From NCBI GenBank assembly GCA_010015585.1, contig ML975151.1: a stretch of DNA of 64,000 bases; one strand, 5' to 3'. The notes beneath the pieces were generated by a model. It made no database searches and was not told the origin of the DNA. It saw nothing but the letters and a program-made list of their open reading frames with translations. Positions 12,299 through 25,481 of this stretch are shown here, one piece after another; the stretch's first letter is position 1, and every line of letters starts with the position of its first letter. The stretch is from Eremomyces bilateralis CBS 781.70. Lineage: Eukaryota. The position numbers and the translations under genes are program-made.

Positions 12299-14164
12299 AT
12301 GTTAACCCGCGCTCCAAGATCTCTTCGGCAGTTACGGCTGCCCGTGCGAGAAACTTTACAGTATCGGTCCATCTCAAGCAGTCAACAGACTTTCGCCAGC
12401 GTGGAAGCGGAGGAAAAGGTTCGCCATTTGGTACCACCATCCGCCTTGCTTGCGCTAACTGTCGCGTCGTAGGATCCCGTGGAGTTAGACACCATCACTA
12501 CCTTGAGCAATGGGGTGCGTGTCGCGACCGAAGCCCTTCCAGGCCACTTCTCCGGCATTGGCGTGTACGTCGATGCTGGCTCTCGGTACGAGAGCGATGC
12601 GCTGCGCGGCGTCAGCCATATCATCGACCGGCTAGCCTTCAAATCTACCGCCGGCAGCTCGGCGGATAAGATGCTGGAGTCAATAGAGACTCTTGGAGGT
12701 AATATCCAATGCGCCTCTTCCCGGGAGTCCCTCATGTACCAATCCGCCACCTTCAATTCCGCCGTACCGAGCACCGTTGCCCTCCTTGCCGAAACCATCC
12801 GCGATCCCTTGGTGACGGAGGAAGAAGTCGAACAACAACTGGCAACTGCCGATTATGAGATTGGAGAGATCTGGTCGAAACCGGAGCTGATTCTTCCCGA
12901 GCTGGTGCACATGGCCGCATTCAAAGACAATACCCTAGGAAATCCTCTCCTGTGCCCAAAGGAACGCCTGACCGAGATTGACCGGTCCGTTGTCGATGCT
13001 TACAGAAGGATATTATACAAGCCTGAAAGGATGGTGGTTGCATTTGCGGGCGTGGATCATAGCACGGCCGTCAAGTTGACGGAGCAATATTTCGGCGATA
13101 TGAAGCAAGGCGCTGGTCTATCACTCCCGGAACTCACCCCGGAACTCCTTGCGCAATCGCAGGACTCATCGATGTCGGACGATAGCTCGAGCATCTCCTC
13201 GACCTCTTCATCCTCCTACGCCTCTCAAGATCCTACCCGCCTGGCGAACAAAATCCCTTTCATAAAGAACCTTTCCACATCTGCCGCCGCCCAAGCATCC
13301 GTACAATCATACCTCCCCGATCTCTCTCGATCTACACCTCTAGAGCTACCATCCGTATATACCGGCGGCTTCCTATCTCTCCCGCCCCTCCCTGCGCCCG
13401 CCAATCCCTCACACCCTGCCCTTACCCACATCCATCTTGCTTTCGAAGCGCTTCCGATCACCCACCCAGACATCTACGCGCTTGCCACGCTCCAAACCCT
13501 CCTCGGCGGCGGCGGATCTTTCTCGGCCGGCGGCCCCGGAAAAGGCATGTACAGCCGCCTATACACGAACGTCCTCAACCAGCACGCGTGGGTGGAGTCC
13601 TGCGTCGCCTTCAACCATTCGTACACCGACTCCGGCCTCTTCGGACTGGCTTCCTCGTGCTCTCCCGACCACGTCATCCCGATGCTGGAAGTCATGTGCC
13701 GCGAGATCTCGGCGCTGACCGGGGAGAGCGTCGCGCCATCCAGCCAGGGCGTCCCGCGCGGGTTGGTCGGGAGGAGCCGACAGCTGTCGCAAGGGGAGGT
13801 CGACCGGGCGAAGAACCAGCTGCGGAGTAGCCTGCTGATGAACCTCGAAAGTCGCATGGTCGAGTTGGAGGATCTGGGAAGGCAGGTGCAGGTGCATGGA
13901 CGAAAGGTGGGCGTCAAGGAGATGTGTCGGCATATCGAAGAGGTGACCATGGAGGACTTGCAACGAGTCGCGAGGATGGTGTTCCGAGGGGAGGTGAAGA
14001 ACAAGGGGAAGGGAAGCGGTGCGCCGACTGTGGTGTTGCAGGAGAGTGAGGAGGTGTCATTACCGGGCGGTTTGGTGGGTTTGGGACGGCGGAAACCCAA
14101 GGCGAGCCTTGGGTGGGGAGAGATTCAGGAGCGAATAGAGAACTGGAAGCTAGGCAGGAGGTAG
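12299..14164 (+). CDS. MAS2: Mitochondrial processing peptidase alpha subunit (intron 12419-12471)
   Basis: Arg-rich presequence MLTRAPRSLRQLR; ITTLSNGVRVATE; degenerate M16 site SHIIDRLAF; Gly loop GGGGSFSAGGPGKGMYSRLY. Confidence 0.95.
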
Positions 14165-14501
14165 GACCTGTTCGCAGGACTGTTTTTCGTATACTGTGCA
14201 GAGTGTTATGGTTCTCAGCTCTTGAGGCGGATTGTATAGAGTACTGGGCCTAGTATCTGGCCAAAAGCAAGGTAAAGGCATAGCAACGTTCATGTCAAGC
14301 CAAAGATGTACGATAGGTGGATAGGACATGTACCAGGAACAAGGATTTATTCCAGCATAATTCAAATGGACTCATGCCCCATTATAGTCTAACTGTACAT
14401 TTCGGACTTCACAATCCAGGCGCCATGCAATGCGGGTGTACGAAATAGAGCAAACCAACGTTGTAACACACATCAACCATCACAATCAACCGAGGCGGAT
14501 C

Positions 14502-16296
14502 TTAGTCGGTCTTCCCTGTGAGTCGCTTCGACTCGTCACCATGTCCCTCATCGTCCTCATCATCCGACCACTTATCCTCATCACCCACAGCAAATATCGT
14601 CTCACCATCCAGCGACTCCCGAGGCAGTGTGGCCGGTCGCTGAGGCTTTGGCGCCGGCAATGGGGACCTGGAGCGATCTACTGACGCACCGGCCGGTGTG
14701 GATCGAAGGCCCTCAAACTGCTGACCGGTTGACTCATTGTGCGAGTATCCTCCGTCCTCCTCGTCCAAGGAAGAGCGCATAGACGCGATTTCGAAGCCCT
14801 CGTCATCTTGGGCGATCTGGATGGCAAGTTAGTGAATGCGATAGGCTTTGAAGGGTGTTGGGATACTAACCTCGTCGCTCATGGCGAAACGGCGGTTGTT
14901 CGCCGTTGGTCGCCATAGATATGAGATGAACGCCACAACAGCGAAGTAAACAATGTTGAGCCACCCATCCAATATGAACCAGCGGCTCCTCCAATGGGAC
15001 GGGGCGAAATCGTCGTCGCCATAGCCGGCAAAAGTGAAGGAATTGAAGAAAAAGAATCCAAAGATGACCAAAATGGTGGTTAGGATGCAGTACCATAGGT
15101 TCTTATACATGGAAGCCTTGACGTGCTGCTTCCGAGCGATAAGATCCTTGATCGTCATGTTGAGAGAGTTCAGCGTCCAGATGTAGAATGCGGTGAGCGT
15201 TGCGGACAGCGGCAAGATGACCAGAAGAACGAGAGGCCCGGCATTCTCCGGGTGGATCGTCAGACTCGCAACCGCATATATGACACCGAAGAGGAAATGT
15301 GCGGCAGCGAGCCATCGAACATACACCATATTCTTGCCCAGACTAGGCTTGACCACTCCATAGCCCATGCATACGATTAGCAGGAGGAAGAAGGAGAACG
15401 AGTTCCGACCAGCGTTGAGCACCGAAACGATGACGAGCAGTGCTCTCGAGCCCGCGTTCGTCCCATGTCGGTTCGTGTAGTCGTAGAAGCCCCAGGTCAT
15501 GAGCATTTCGACCACCAGGAATACCAGAATTGCGGTGATGTAGTTCTGCACCGGGAGGATATCATGCCGGTTCTGAACATATAGGAACGCCCAGAATATG
15601 ACCATGACTGCATAGGCGATGGTCAGACCACCATAGAAGGGGAGCTTCGGGATTTGCGCCGCGGCCAGCTCTCCGTATGCGTTCCGGAATTCGACGATCG
15701 CCGTGTATTCGGGACTCTCGGACCAAGTTCCCACGCAGTAGTAGCCGGTTTTTGTGACCGGATATCGGATCGCCGGAGGGTCTTTCAGATCGATGGCTTG
15801 GGTGAGGATTTGGTTCTTCGATACATCCTGCGCATCGTCTGCGAGGATGAACTCGCCGAGATGAGTTTCGTTGCAAAGTCCCGACGTAACGGCGGTAGGG
15901 CTGCATATATAATCTCTCTGATGTAAAAATTAGTTAAGCGTAACTAGGGCACGATATCGACACAACGTACCATAGCGGATGGATCGTCCGATACTTGCTT
16001 CCCAATCAATGGCTTGTCCTTCCACTCAAACAGAACAAGGCTGATAAGTAGATTCTCAATACTCCCCTCTTCCGGCGGGATGAACTTTACGAGAACAAAT
16101 GGATCGACTGCTCCGCTCCATGAGCTCTTTGAATACATGCCAGCGCATTTCTGAGATTCATTCTGGTCCTACGACTTCGTCAATTTCGAAGGGCTCGGAT
16201 TGCTACGGATGCCGAACAAACCAATTTAACCTCAGCGGCGGTTGCTATTAAGGCCGTAGCAAGTAACAACCCCGACGTTCGCATCCACCACCGCAT
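14502..16296 (-). CDS. PTM1: PTM1/GPR107-like lung seven-transmembrane (GOST) protein (multi-exon)
   Basis: Signal peptide MRWWMRTSGLLLATAL; CAGMYSKSSW; FRNAYGELAAAQIPKLPFYG; DILPVQNYITA; LWRPTANNRRFAMSDE. Confidence 0.9.
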
Positions 16297-16798
16297 GGTG
16301 CCAAAGAATAATATCTGTTAGCAAATAGCTTCATTCAGTCCTGCGAGGTGTCCCACAGGTCGGCTGAACTGGCTCGAGGGATGTTGACAGCTGCGCGGCG
16401 TCCGTAAATGATGGAACGGAGCTGTGATCGAGGAAGGTATGATAAATGGTGGGAGTTGGGATCGTCCAGATGCACCGATCCTAGGGTTGGATTTGAAGAC
16501 AAATCAATGTCGCAGTTGAAACAGGTCGATCGTATCGTGAGCCCAGGCTGTGATATGCTGTGCATCCATGTGTTGATGTTGTCCTAGCAGCCTGAGGCGA
16601 CAAGGCTCTTGGTCATATGGCGCTAACTCAACCTCAAAGTTCAAAATCTTAATACTGGGAGAGCACTAACTGTGATAAAGACGTCAATATTGTCCTCAGT
16701 TCAACAGCCTTTGGACTCTCGTTTATCTTGAGTCCCTTCTTCGGTGTGTACCCTGGACGAATCTGATAGTAACTCAGCCACTTTACATAACAAGCGGC

Positions 16799-18002
16799 AT
16801 GGAAGGGGCGCCGGCGGTCCGTCAGACTGCGACGGGTCAAAATGAGGCGAACCGCGTATGCGTTCGATGCAAGGAGGCGGAGTCTGTCACCACAATCAGA
16901 TCAGAGCCGCTGTGCAAGTATGCTTTATTTCCCTCAATTCTGCCTCATGTCTGATTGCTGATCTTTTCCTAGGGAATGCTTTAAGAAGTACATCCATACC
17001 AAAGTCGTCAAGCGGATGGAGACCTTCAGAGTGCGAAACGTGCCCTCGGATGGCCAGCGGAGACTGCTCCTTCCTTTGTCTCTAGGTATCTCATCGCTGA
17101 CGCTGCTGCATGTATTGCATCTTCACCTTGCAAGGCAGAAGAATCGTACAGGTCAAACGGGGTTTGACCTAATTGTATTATGGATTGATCTGTCGCACTC
17201 GGGCACGCAATCTCGAGATCCCCTACTTGACGCGGCGAAGCGCATGTTCCCTCAACATACGTTCATCTCGTCGTCCATTACCGATGTTTGGACCTCGGTG
17301 TTGTCAAGTTTATATTCACAGGACACTCAACTGGGGCATGACGGCAATTTGCCATCGTTGCCCGAGTTTCTCAGCTCGCTCCCATCTGCAACATCTCGTG
17401 CAGATGTCTCCGAGCACTTCAAGAAACGCTTAGTCGTAAATATTGCAAAGCACAATAACTGCGAGGCGGTTTTGTGGGGGCATACAGCCACTCGGCTCGC
17501 CGAACAAACTCTCGCCGAGACGGCCAAAGGTCGCGGATTCTCATTATCTGGCCAAATTTCAGATGGGGATTCGGCACTGGGGATACCTTTTTACTACCCG
17601 CTTAGAGATCTATTTCGTAAAGAGCTCGTCGCCCACGCGGAGCTCGTAGAGGGTCAGCTCTGTGTCTTTCTTGGTCCGAACGACAAGAAGCAGGCAGTTT
17701 CGACGAGAGATTCAAGCATCGACGCCCTGATGACGTCTTATATTGATTCTGTCGAAAGAGGCTACCCTAGTATTGTGGCCAATGTGGTGCGCACAGCCGG
17801 GGAGAAGTTGACAAAGCGACCGCCACAATCAAGCAACGTTTGCGCGATTTGTTTACTCCCATATCACGACGACCTTGAGCCGACGGGCCAGTCGAATGGG
17901 AATACGAGTCAATTTCAACTCTGTTATGGATGTCGCCAGTCAGTGCCGCAGGGCTGTTTGACTGGACTGTTTGAAAAGCCATCGATATCGGACAAACGAT
18001 GA
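16799..18002 (+). CDS. NCS2: Cytoplasmic tRNA 2-thiolation protein 2 (intron ~16918-16972)
   Basis: N-terminal CVRCK...EPLCK|ECF; degenerate PP-loop LPLSLGISSLTLLHVL; TRLAEQTLAETAKGRGF; YPLRD; C-terminal CAIC...LCYGC. Confidence 0.9.
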
Positions 18003-20731
18003 AAGTGTTTGTCATTTCATTACTGCACATAATGCCTGCTTTTGAAACCGGCCGATCCTTGCGTTTCTTATCCTTTGCCTCGTCAATCCTGATTGCGGTT
18101 GATCTTTCCCGGCCTTTACAACGAGGCCGATTTTCTCGCGCATATCTCAAGTCATCAAGTCCTCCAATGTGAGGCTAAGTCCCAGAAGATCAAAGTCTTG
18201 CCGACCACCGTTGCGATTGCCCAAGTCGTTCCATCCAGCTGAGTCGGGCCCGTCAGGGCTCGTATTAATTCCAGCCTGTATCTCCACGGGTGGAACAAGC
18301 TGCTGGTCATCTGACCACAATGTGTCGGATTCAACAGAGCTGCCTTGAAACCCAACGATCAGAGAAAGAACATCGTTGCTCGACTCCGATCCAGAGCCTA
18401 TCATGTCGAGGCTGTGTTCTGTGCCCAAGCCTCAGTCAGCATCCTCCGATTTCACCCGAAAGGCTAGATGGCCTCACCATTGGCCTCCATGAGCAGCAGA
18501 TAGGACCAGTACCAGTCCAAGTTTGCTGTCCCATGGCACATTGCGGTGTTTGGTCCCGTCGAGATTTTGCTCCGTGCGCATCCCATGATGACCGGGATCG
18601 AGGAGAGTCATTCAATGTCGGCGTGAAAAAGGGGACTGTCGGGTTCGAACAGGAGACGTTTAAGTCTTAGAGCCATTTCTTGAGAACGGAAACGTATAGC
18701 TCCTTGAAGGGCGTCAGTGGGCTTCCGTGTTGTCTTATAGTCTATTCCTTTGAGAGATCCGCATCCGATGCGTCTGTCACCTGCACAATGCACGCGTGGG
18801 ATGGCGAACGGAGGCATGGGAAAGATTCAATGGCGAATATCGTCTAGTCCGGTCGGGGACTTGATGGGGTAATGGGAGCTGCATCATGGATGGCCACCGT
18901 CAGTTACACGATTAACCGCCCCGCTGAGGTCCGCGGTATTCATCTCGGGTTCTGCAGCACCCCACGCTCTGGAGGACTTCCCAGTGGCCTGCATATTTCG
19001 AGCAGGAACAGAAATGCTGGCATTCGTCTGAACTTCCGGGGTCTTCTTAAAACAGTTCACGGGTGATGGATTCGTTAATACGCGGTGCCATCCAACCACA
19101 GGCTTCCAAACTATCCAGGCGGCAAATGGAGATGGAGCAAGCAAGCAATCCGATCCAGTCGCCAGTTTGGGACAGGGGACAGATACCATATACAGAATAG
19201 TTTCAATTATTCTGCCTCGTCCAGCAATTTCGGTTGAAGGCGGTGCCCAAGCTAGATAGACATTGGGCATGTTGCATACCATCATCCTCGTTTGACGATG
19301 ATCTACATATAGCTCCGGAGCTGATGGATCGCAATGTTAGTTCCCGCCTCCACGTTCTGTGTTGGAGAAGCGGGGCTTGGCTTTCCCCCCACGCTTCAGG
19401 TCTTCACTACGACCGGCCTCATTTACGACTATTCGTCCGCGAAACCGCAAGGCTGAGGCGTGGGATGCGATGTTGCGGAAGAAGTCGGAGCCAGGAGGAT
19501 CACGAGTCTGATCTGGCTCCGAGTCTTACATCGAGCGTTTTGATTGGCTCTCCAATGATTGGGTGTTAGAGTCGTTCGGTGCCTGACACTGTTCTGCTTC
19601 TGGACAAGCTGGATATGCCAATGACTGAAGATATAAACCGCCTTAGTGACATCCTCATGATCTATATGGACCATAGCACGAGCAAGTGGGCAGGGTCATT
19701 AATACCTGATTGGAGGATGAGATGGCGATCATGAGGATGTAATGATGATTAAGGTCGGTCGGAATCAAAGCAGGGACCGTCTTGCATGGTATTGGAGTTG
19801 ACATTGATGATGGGCTGTCGCGTGGTCTGGAGTGGGTTATTAATGCACCGTGGATGCTTTCCTTTTTGTGCTTGTCAAACAAAATGGACTGATGGCCATG
19901 CCACTGATGCAAGCATCATTCTTTGCCTTTGGCTTTTGTGTTGAGAGACATGCGAACACTCCAGTAAACATCGTTGGTAGTTATACTAGGGGATGCGGTT
20001 ATGCAGAGAAGCGTGGGATATGTGACTAGGGTCTTATTTGATGGGGGGATTTTGTGATGACCGGCAAATTTATCATGGGATGAATGCCGCAAACATGTAT
20101 CAGGCGGCTCGTTATTAGTAGCCCGTTGAGCCGTCACCGGTTGGCTACGACATACTCTACGATTTATCCTGCAAAGGATTTAAATAGTAACAGCTGGATT
20201 TCATGGCTGAACCACGGTATAAGGAATCCCCATTGCGAATAACTCCGTACAGCGTCATATCTGAGACAGCAAGGACTAAAAGTAGGATGACTTTGAAGCC
20301 TCATTCTCTCCAGGACGCGGATATCTGTTGCAAACGGAAGGGTATTCCAACATATTCTATGCGTGATATACGAGCAGTCCCACTTCGAGCACATAAACAC
20401 TGATGCTGCATTGGCGTGGGTATACTACTTAGGTCCAAAATCGGTGCAAATCAGTCCAACGACAAACATATACGCCAAATTATACATATCCCAGCTGCTA
20501 TTATGCCTCACGGCCATATGGGATGTGTTCTTGGTAGGGAAAGGGTCGGTTAAGAATGCTCCTCGTGGATGATGCATCATAACCTAGTTACGCGAAAAGA
20601 ATAGCCGCTCCAGTCCGCTTTTGTTCTGGTACCAAAGACCGGAGGTAAAAAATCCTGGTTCGCCTCGCCAAGGAACAGTCAATTTGATAATATGACACCG
20701 AACAGATAGGTCATATGGGCCAATTTGGGTG

Positions 20732-22547
20732 TCAATCGATGACCGTGTCTCGCGGCTTCCAATCCTTCTCGAACATCTGCGAGACATAGTAGAATTCATG
20801 GTCCGCAAGGTCATTGTCCCGAATATACGCGAAATCATCCTCTATAGACCCAAATAAGTTAGCAAAGCTCAGGGCATGAAATCATGCTTTTCGCCCCACC
20901 TCTCGCTTTTACAAGGTCTCGTGTCTGGAGAAGGAATTCTGCTTCCTCGGCGTTGAGAGTCGCCAGCCGAGTTCGATGACGGTTCTTCAAATCCAACGCT
21001 AGAGGGTCCATGCTGCCATTGCAATAATGGTAATGAGCAAGGATCACCATTGCACTGTGATGCCACGACGACACGAGATCAGGCAATGTGTATCGACTCT
21101 GCATTTGTGGATCATTAGTGCCATACAAGGTATCTTGTCTGTCATGCTTCGCTTACCTGGACGCCGTGCTTGCGGGCATGACGGTAACGGTCTGCGATCA
21201 AGAGAGAAAAATTGTGCAACAAAATAAAGGTACACAAATAGAAGGTTATGAAGGTTTCCGGTCGGTTATCTTTGATGATGTTCTGCAATTCTTCGAGAAC
21301 CTTCTTCTTGTACGGTTTCAACAAGGCTTCTGTGAAGATAACATCAAATTGAGCGTTGACCACTGGTGGCGTGGGGACCTTTCCAGGGTGAGGGTACGAT
21401 GGATCCTGGTGTGGCTCCAGTCCCAGAGCTTGCGGATTTTCGAAGTAGTCCGATCCAAGGGTGTGTTGGCTAACAAACCAGAGTCGTAGGAGATTGGTCA
21501 TGAGTACCCTTTCCTTCTCGGTCTTCTATGTGTGAGCTGACAGCGTGGGAGAGCGGAGAACCGAGTGAGATCGCTTACCGGTGCATTCCTCAGATGAATT
21601 TTAGCTCTGTTATACGTCCTCACAATGAGGTTGTCCGAATGCTGCAGTCGATGGGTGATGCAGTCAAATGCGTGCTTGTCCGTATAGATTTTGAAGTCTT
21701 CCTTTACCACGTGCATATTCTCTACAGCCCATGCCGGCAAGCTGTAAGACTTGACGACTCCCCGCTCTTGGTCAAACCATGATCGAAACAATTTGTCGCC
21801 AGCTTGGGCGCGGAAAGGACGTAGCACGACTTGAAATCCGTCCTTGACAAGTTCCTGCGTATTGCGGAGCACGAGAGTTTGGGTGTCAGCAGATTCCCAG
21901 TCGGTGATTTCTCTGACTTTCATGTCTTGCCATCGGCTTGTGTAACCGAGCTTTCCAGCACGATACAGGATACATTCGGTGACCTTGTACCGTAGACACG
22001 GAATATGGTGGATCGTCTGCTTGGAATTATTTGAAACATTCCGGCAAGTCAAGCACTGACCCCCAGGATCTTCAGGGTCGGTCTCGCACTAGGTAGATGT
22101 GAGCAGCAATCGAGATTGGGATGCAGCCTCCTTACCCGGACACGCTGCTGTCGGCACCGCAAGCAAGCCTTCATCTTTCTTGTCAGCGAAGTTTGCTCGC
22201 GCTTGACAACGCTTTTAAATTTTCCTCGACGCTTGCGAACGAGCAGTTCTTGTTGAGGAGCTCTGGTCAGATGATGGCCTTCAGATAGGGGCTGGCGCAA
22301 AGCTGCATTGTGTGATTGTGGTGCAAAGGGCTGATGGGGTGACGTGTTTTGTTGGGTGATAAGATTGCCGTTCACTCCTGCGTGATGCAACGGGGTCGTC
22401 ACTGCAGCGCTGAATCGTGGATCGAAATTCGGCGTATGGTCAGTGAACAGCTCCTTATGTTGATGATGCTGGTAATCCTGTTGGTGATGCTGGTGATCCT
22501 GCTGATGGTCCTGCTGGTGATCCTGCTGGTGATCTTGCTGGTGCTCC

Positions 22548-22584
<37 letters not shown>

Positions 22585-23423
22585 AGAATGATGACGGATT
22601 TAATCCCACCCACGATTGGTCGTTTTCAGACAAGAATGGACGGGTCGTAGATACCTCGGGGGCAGAGTGCTCCAGTGCAGCATAAATATGCGGCTCGCCA
22701 TTGATGAAGGAGAAGTAGCCGTCGTCGTTGAGAAGGGGGACGCCCGAATCCGGGGTGTCATCGGGTTGAAGGAAAGGAGTAGGTAGTTGGAATGAAACCT
22801 GTTGGAAGTAAGGAGATGACACAGCAAACCCACCTGGCGCTGTGGCTCCGTAGGGGGACAGCATGTTGTTGGCCGAGGCGGTGGATGATGTTCCAGACGT
22901 TCCAATGGAGAGGTGAAATCGCGGTGGTGTTTGCAGCTGATTCATGGACGAGTCCAAAACCCGGTTAGACGCAGTCTGAAATTGAACTAACCCCGCCTCG
23001 TCTAGCCCATTGTACGATGTTGCCTCGTAGGTTGCAGGGTTGCTGGTATAAGCATAGTATCCAGCATCTTGAACTGGACCACTTGATCCGTCTATAGGAG
23101 ATTGATGTAACTCTGGATTCGTGCCACCGTTGACGGCGTCGGCTGATACCGTCCGTCCATGGACCGGCAAATGGCCACCACACAAGAGCTGATCGGCAGC
23201 TCTCGCATGCTGCGAAGTGTGGAAACACCAGAAAGGCGGTGACGGCGAGGCTGGGGAGAAGTAGCCATTGGGTCCTTTGCGTCTCTTACGGGGAGACAGA
23301 GGCTGCAGGTGGAGCGGATATGGGGGCGTTTCAACGGCAGTCTATAGGCAGGAAAACAATGTCGATTAGAGTGACAGGTCGACTTTGTTGGGAGGAGCAT
23401 GAACGGGGCCTCGTTACCTCCAT
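20732..23423 (-). CDS. Zn2Cys6-type transcription factor with central, atypically spaced zinc cluster (multi-exon; 6-nt first exon)
   Basis: ATGGAG|GTAACG intron 23342-23417; PRKRRK NLS-like; ACLRCRQQRVR|CETDPEDPGGQCLTCRNVSNNSKQTIHHIPC (intron 22089-22135); C-terminal exons end YYVSQMFEKDWKPRDTVID*. Confidence 0.8.
22455..22582 (-). repeat. Coding repeat: (CAT)11 poly-His followed by 12-nt CAGCAGGATCAC-like units (QQDH)
   Basis: Translation HHHHHHHHHHHQEHQQDHQQDHQQDHQQDHQHHQQDYQHHQH. Confidence 0.9.
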
Positions 23424-24282
23424 GGCCGGTCTCGCTCCGTTGAGGAGGCAAGCGGCAGCCTGACCAAGTGTTGACTGAGACGTTGTCCAGAGAACCGATC
23501 CCAAGCGTCAGCGTCAGAGCGGACAACGGACAGGACAGCCGGCCAAAGGGTTGAAGGGTTTGGCGGATTCGTAGGGTGATCACTGATCGGTTCAATCCAA
23601 CGGAAGGCAGATTGGCAGATGAGTGGCAGAGATGATACAGCAGGGGGAAGTTGGATGGGCGCCTCCTCAAGCGTGAAACAAAATGCGTCGGATGGGATGG
23701 CATGTAATATTTGCAGACCGGGTGCAATACTACAATTAAACCAGTGTGCCGGAGACGACGTTAACTGCAGATTGGATGAGAGAGCGCGGTGCAACTGTGT
23801 AAGCCAGTCTTGGAGACTTGGAGGTGTCGTGATCGGGAACACATCGGGTCAATGCGCTGCCGTATCAGATATTCTCATATCCTCATCGGTTGGGTGGCTG
23901 CACATAAGTGCACAAACCTGTCATCTTCAAAGCTGCAGTTCTAGTCCAGAATCCCAGGTCGGTCCCTTGATCGATTCCTAGATAGTGTAGCGGGAGGCGC
24001 TCCGAGATGCGTAGATGGCTCAAGGCCCATGGGAAACATCAGACATGGTTGAGAGTTGGGACGTTTGATAGGTATAATGCCTGCAATCTGCAATCTGCCG
24101 CCATGATAAGTGCTGCGCCTGCTACTATGCGAGTCTGAGTTTGCCAGTCTGCCGATCTGCCAACAGCAGCAGCCTTGTGTCAATGTGTGTGATACTGGCG
24201 TCTGGCATTTAGTGACGCTGGTGCCCGGGGGACACACGGGAATACGATATCGTTAATAATCGTGTGCAGTGCTCTGCTCAGT

Positions 24283-24306
24283 GATCGCTCGATCGCTCGA
24301 TCGCTC
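24283..24306. repeat. Tandem 8-mer (GATCGCTC)3
   Basis: gatcgctcgatcgctcgatcgctc seen directly. Confidence 0.85.
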
Positions 24307-24825
24307 TTTCCGCCAATCCCATTCCCTCGTTTCCGCCTTGATCCCAAGGTGACCCCATGTGACCTCTCACCTCCCAGCCTCCCCTCTGCGCCATGGATTC
24401 CTGGATTCAATGTCAGGCTTGATCTATCATCTATCATCCATCATCCATGCACAGTTTGTTTGTGTCTTACCTCATTGGATCTGCAGTTTGCCCGTGATTT
24501 CCTTGTCGTTTGGATGTTCACCGGTTCGAGGCTTTGAGCCTTGGTCCTGGACACCTAAGGAATTGAGGCCTGTACTGTCGGGCCAAATCTCAATTGAGCG
24601 AGTAATGAGTGAGAGGGTGAGCAAGAGAGTTTGGTGCATCTGTACTCCGTACTCTGTAGGTCGTTGCCTCATTTGAGTCATTAGTCGTTGGGGAATTTGG
24701 CTAGGTACATAGTTGCTTCTTGCTACTGGCCAATCAGGGTACGGTCCGTTCCGCTGGGGTTTCGGTCCCACCGCTGCATCCAAATGATTTAAATGCCCAA
24801 TCGAAATGTGAAATGTCCCGTCGAT

Positions 24826-24855
24826 AAGTCGAAAAGTCGAAAAGTCGAAAAGTCC
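24826..24855. repeat. Tandem 8-mer (AAAAGTCG)~3.7
   Basis: aagtcgaaaagtcgaaaagtcgaaaagtcc seen directly. Confidence 0.85.
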
Positions 24856-25449
24856 TAATGCTCCCCAATCACAGCCAGTGAGCCCTCGTGATCCTTGTTT
24901 CGGCCCTATCTCCGCTCTTTCCCTGCTTTTCTATTTTCCTTGGCTTTCGCGTGCTGCTTCCGCGCTCTTGCCATCGCCATCACCCATGTTAGTTCTCGGT
25001 TGGTCGGTTTTCAGCTAGTCTGTTTTGAGTTAGCCTGTCGACACTAACTGAACCTCCTATCCTCCACCCACCTTTTCTTCCACCATTGACGCACTATGAA
25101 GCCTTAATTCCTCGCCTAACTTCGTATACAAGCAATAAGTACGTATTATTTCGTGATACTGCAGGTATCTCGCCCGGCTACAAGGAATTGGGGACGCTAT
25201 TGAGCTTCACGTCATTTTAATCACCCGTCCCGCTGTCCCGCACCTTTTAGTACATGTCTTTTGCACGCTACTGTACATCAGCTCATCCCGTCCGTAACTT
25301 AGTTCCCCGATATCAGAAATTCTCCAACACCGTTCACTCTCCGCAAGCTCTATCTGGATGGATCCTTCCATTGCAGGCCACAGTACAAGTCGAGGTAGAT
25401 GTACATGTAACATCAACAGTTGAAAATGACCTCCCTTCGGTTCCTTGGT

Positions 25450-25481
25450 TGTACTCGTGTACTCATGTACTCATGTACTCA
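25450..25481. repeat. Tandem 8-mer (TGTACTCA)4
   Basis: tgtactcg tgtactca tgtactca tgtactca seen directly. Confidence 0.85.

Noticed and set aside
13474..14100. 208-aa antisense ORF inside MAS2 (similar ones lie in the dynamin, SRP21 and CorA genes)
   Set aside because: Shadow frames of GC-rich coding sequence with no recognisable motifs.
22349..22591. ORF with poly-Met and hydrophobic repeats
   Set aside because: Antisense reading of the TF's His/Gln repeat.
24283..25481. Repeat arrays as CRISPR-like
   Set aside because: Eukaryotic DNA; simple tandem units with no spacers and no cas genes.
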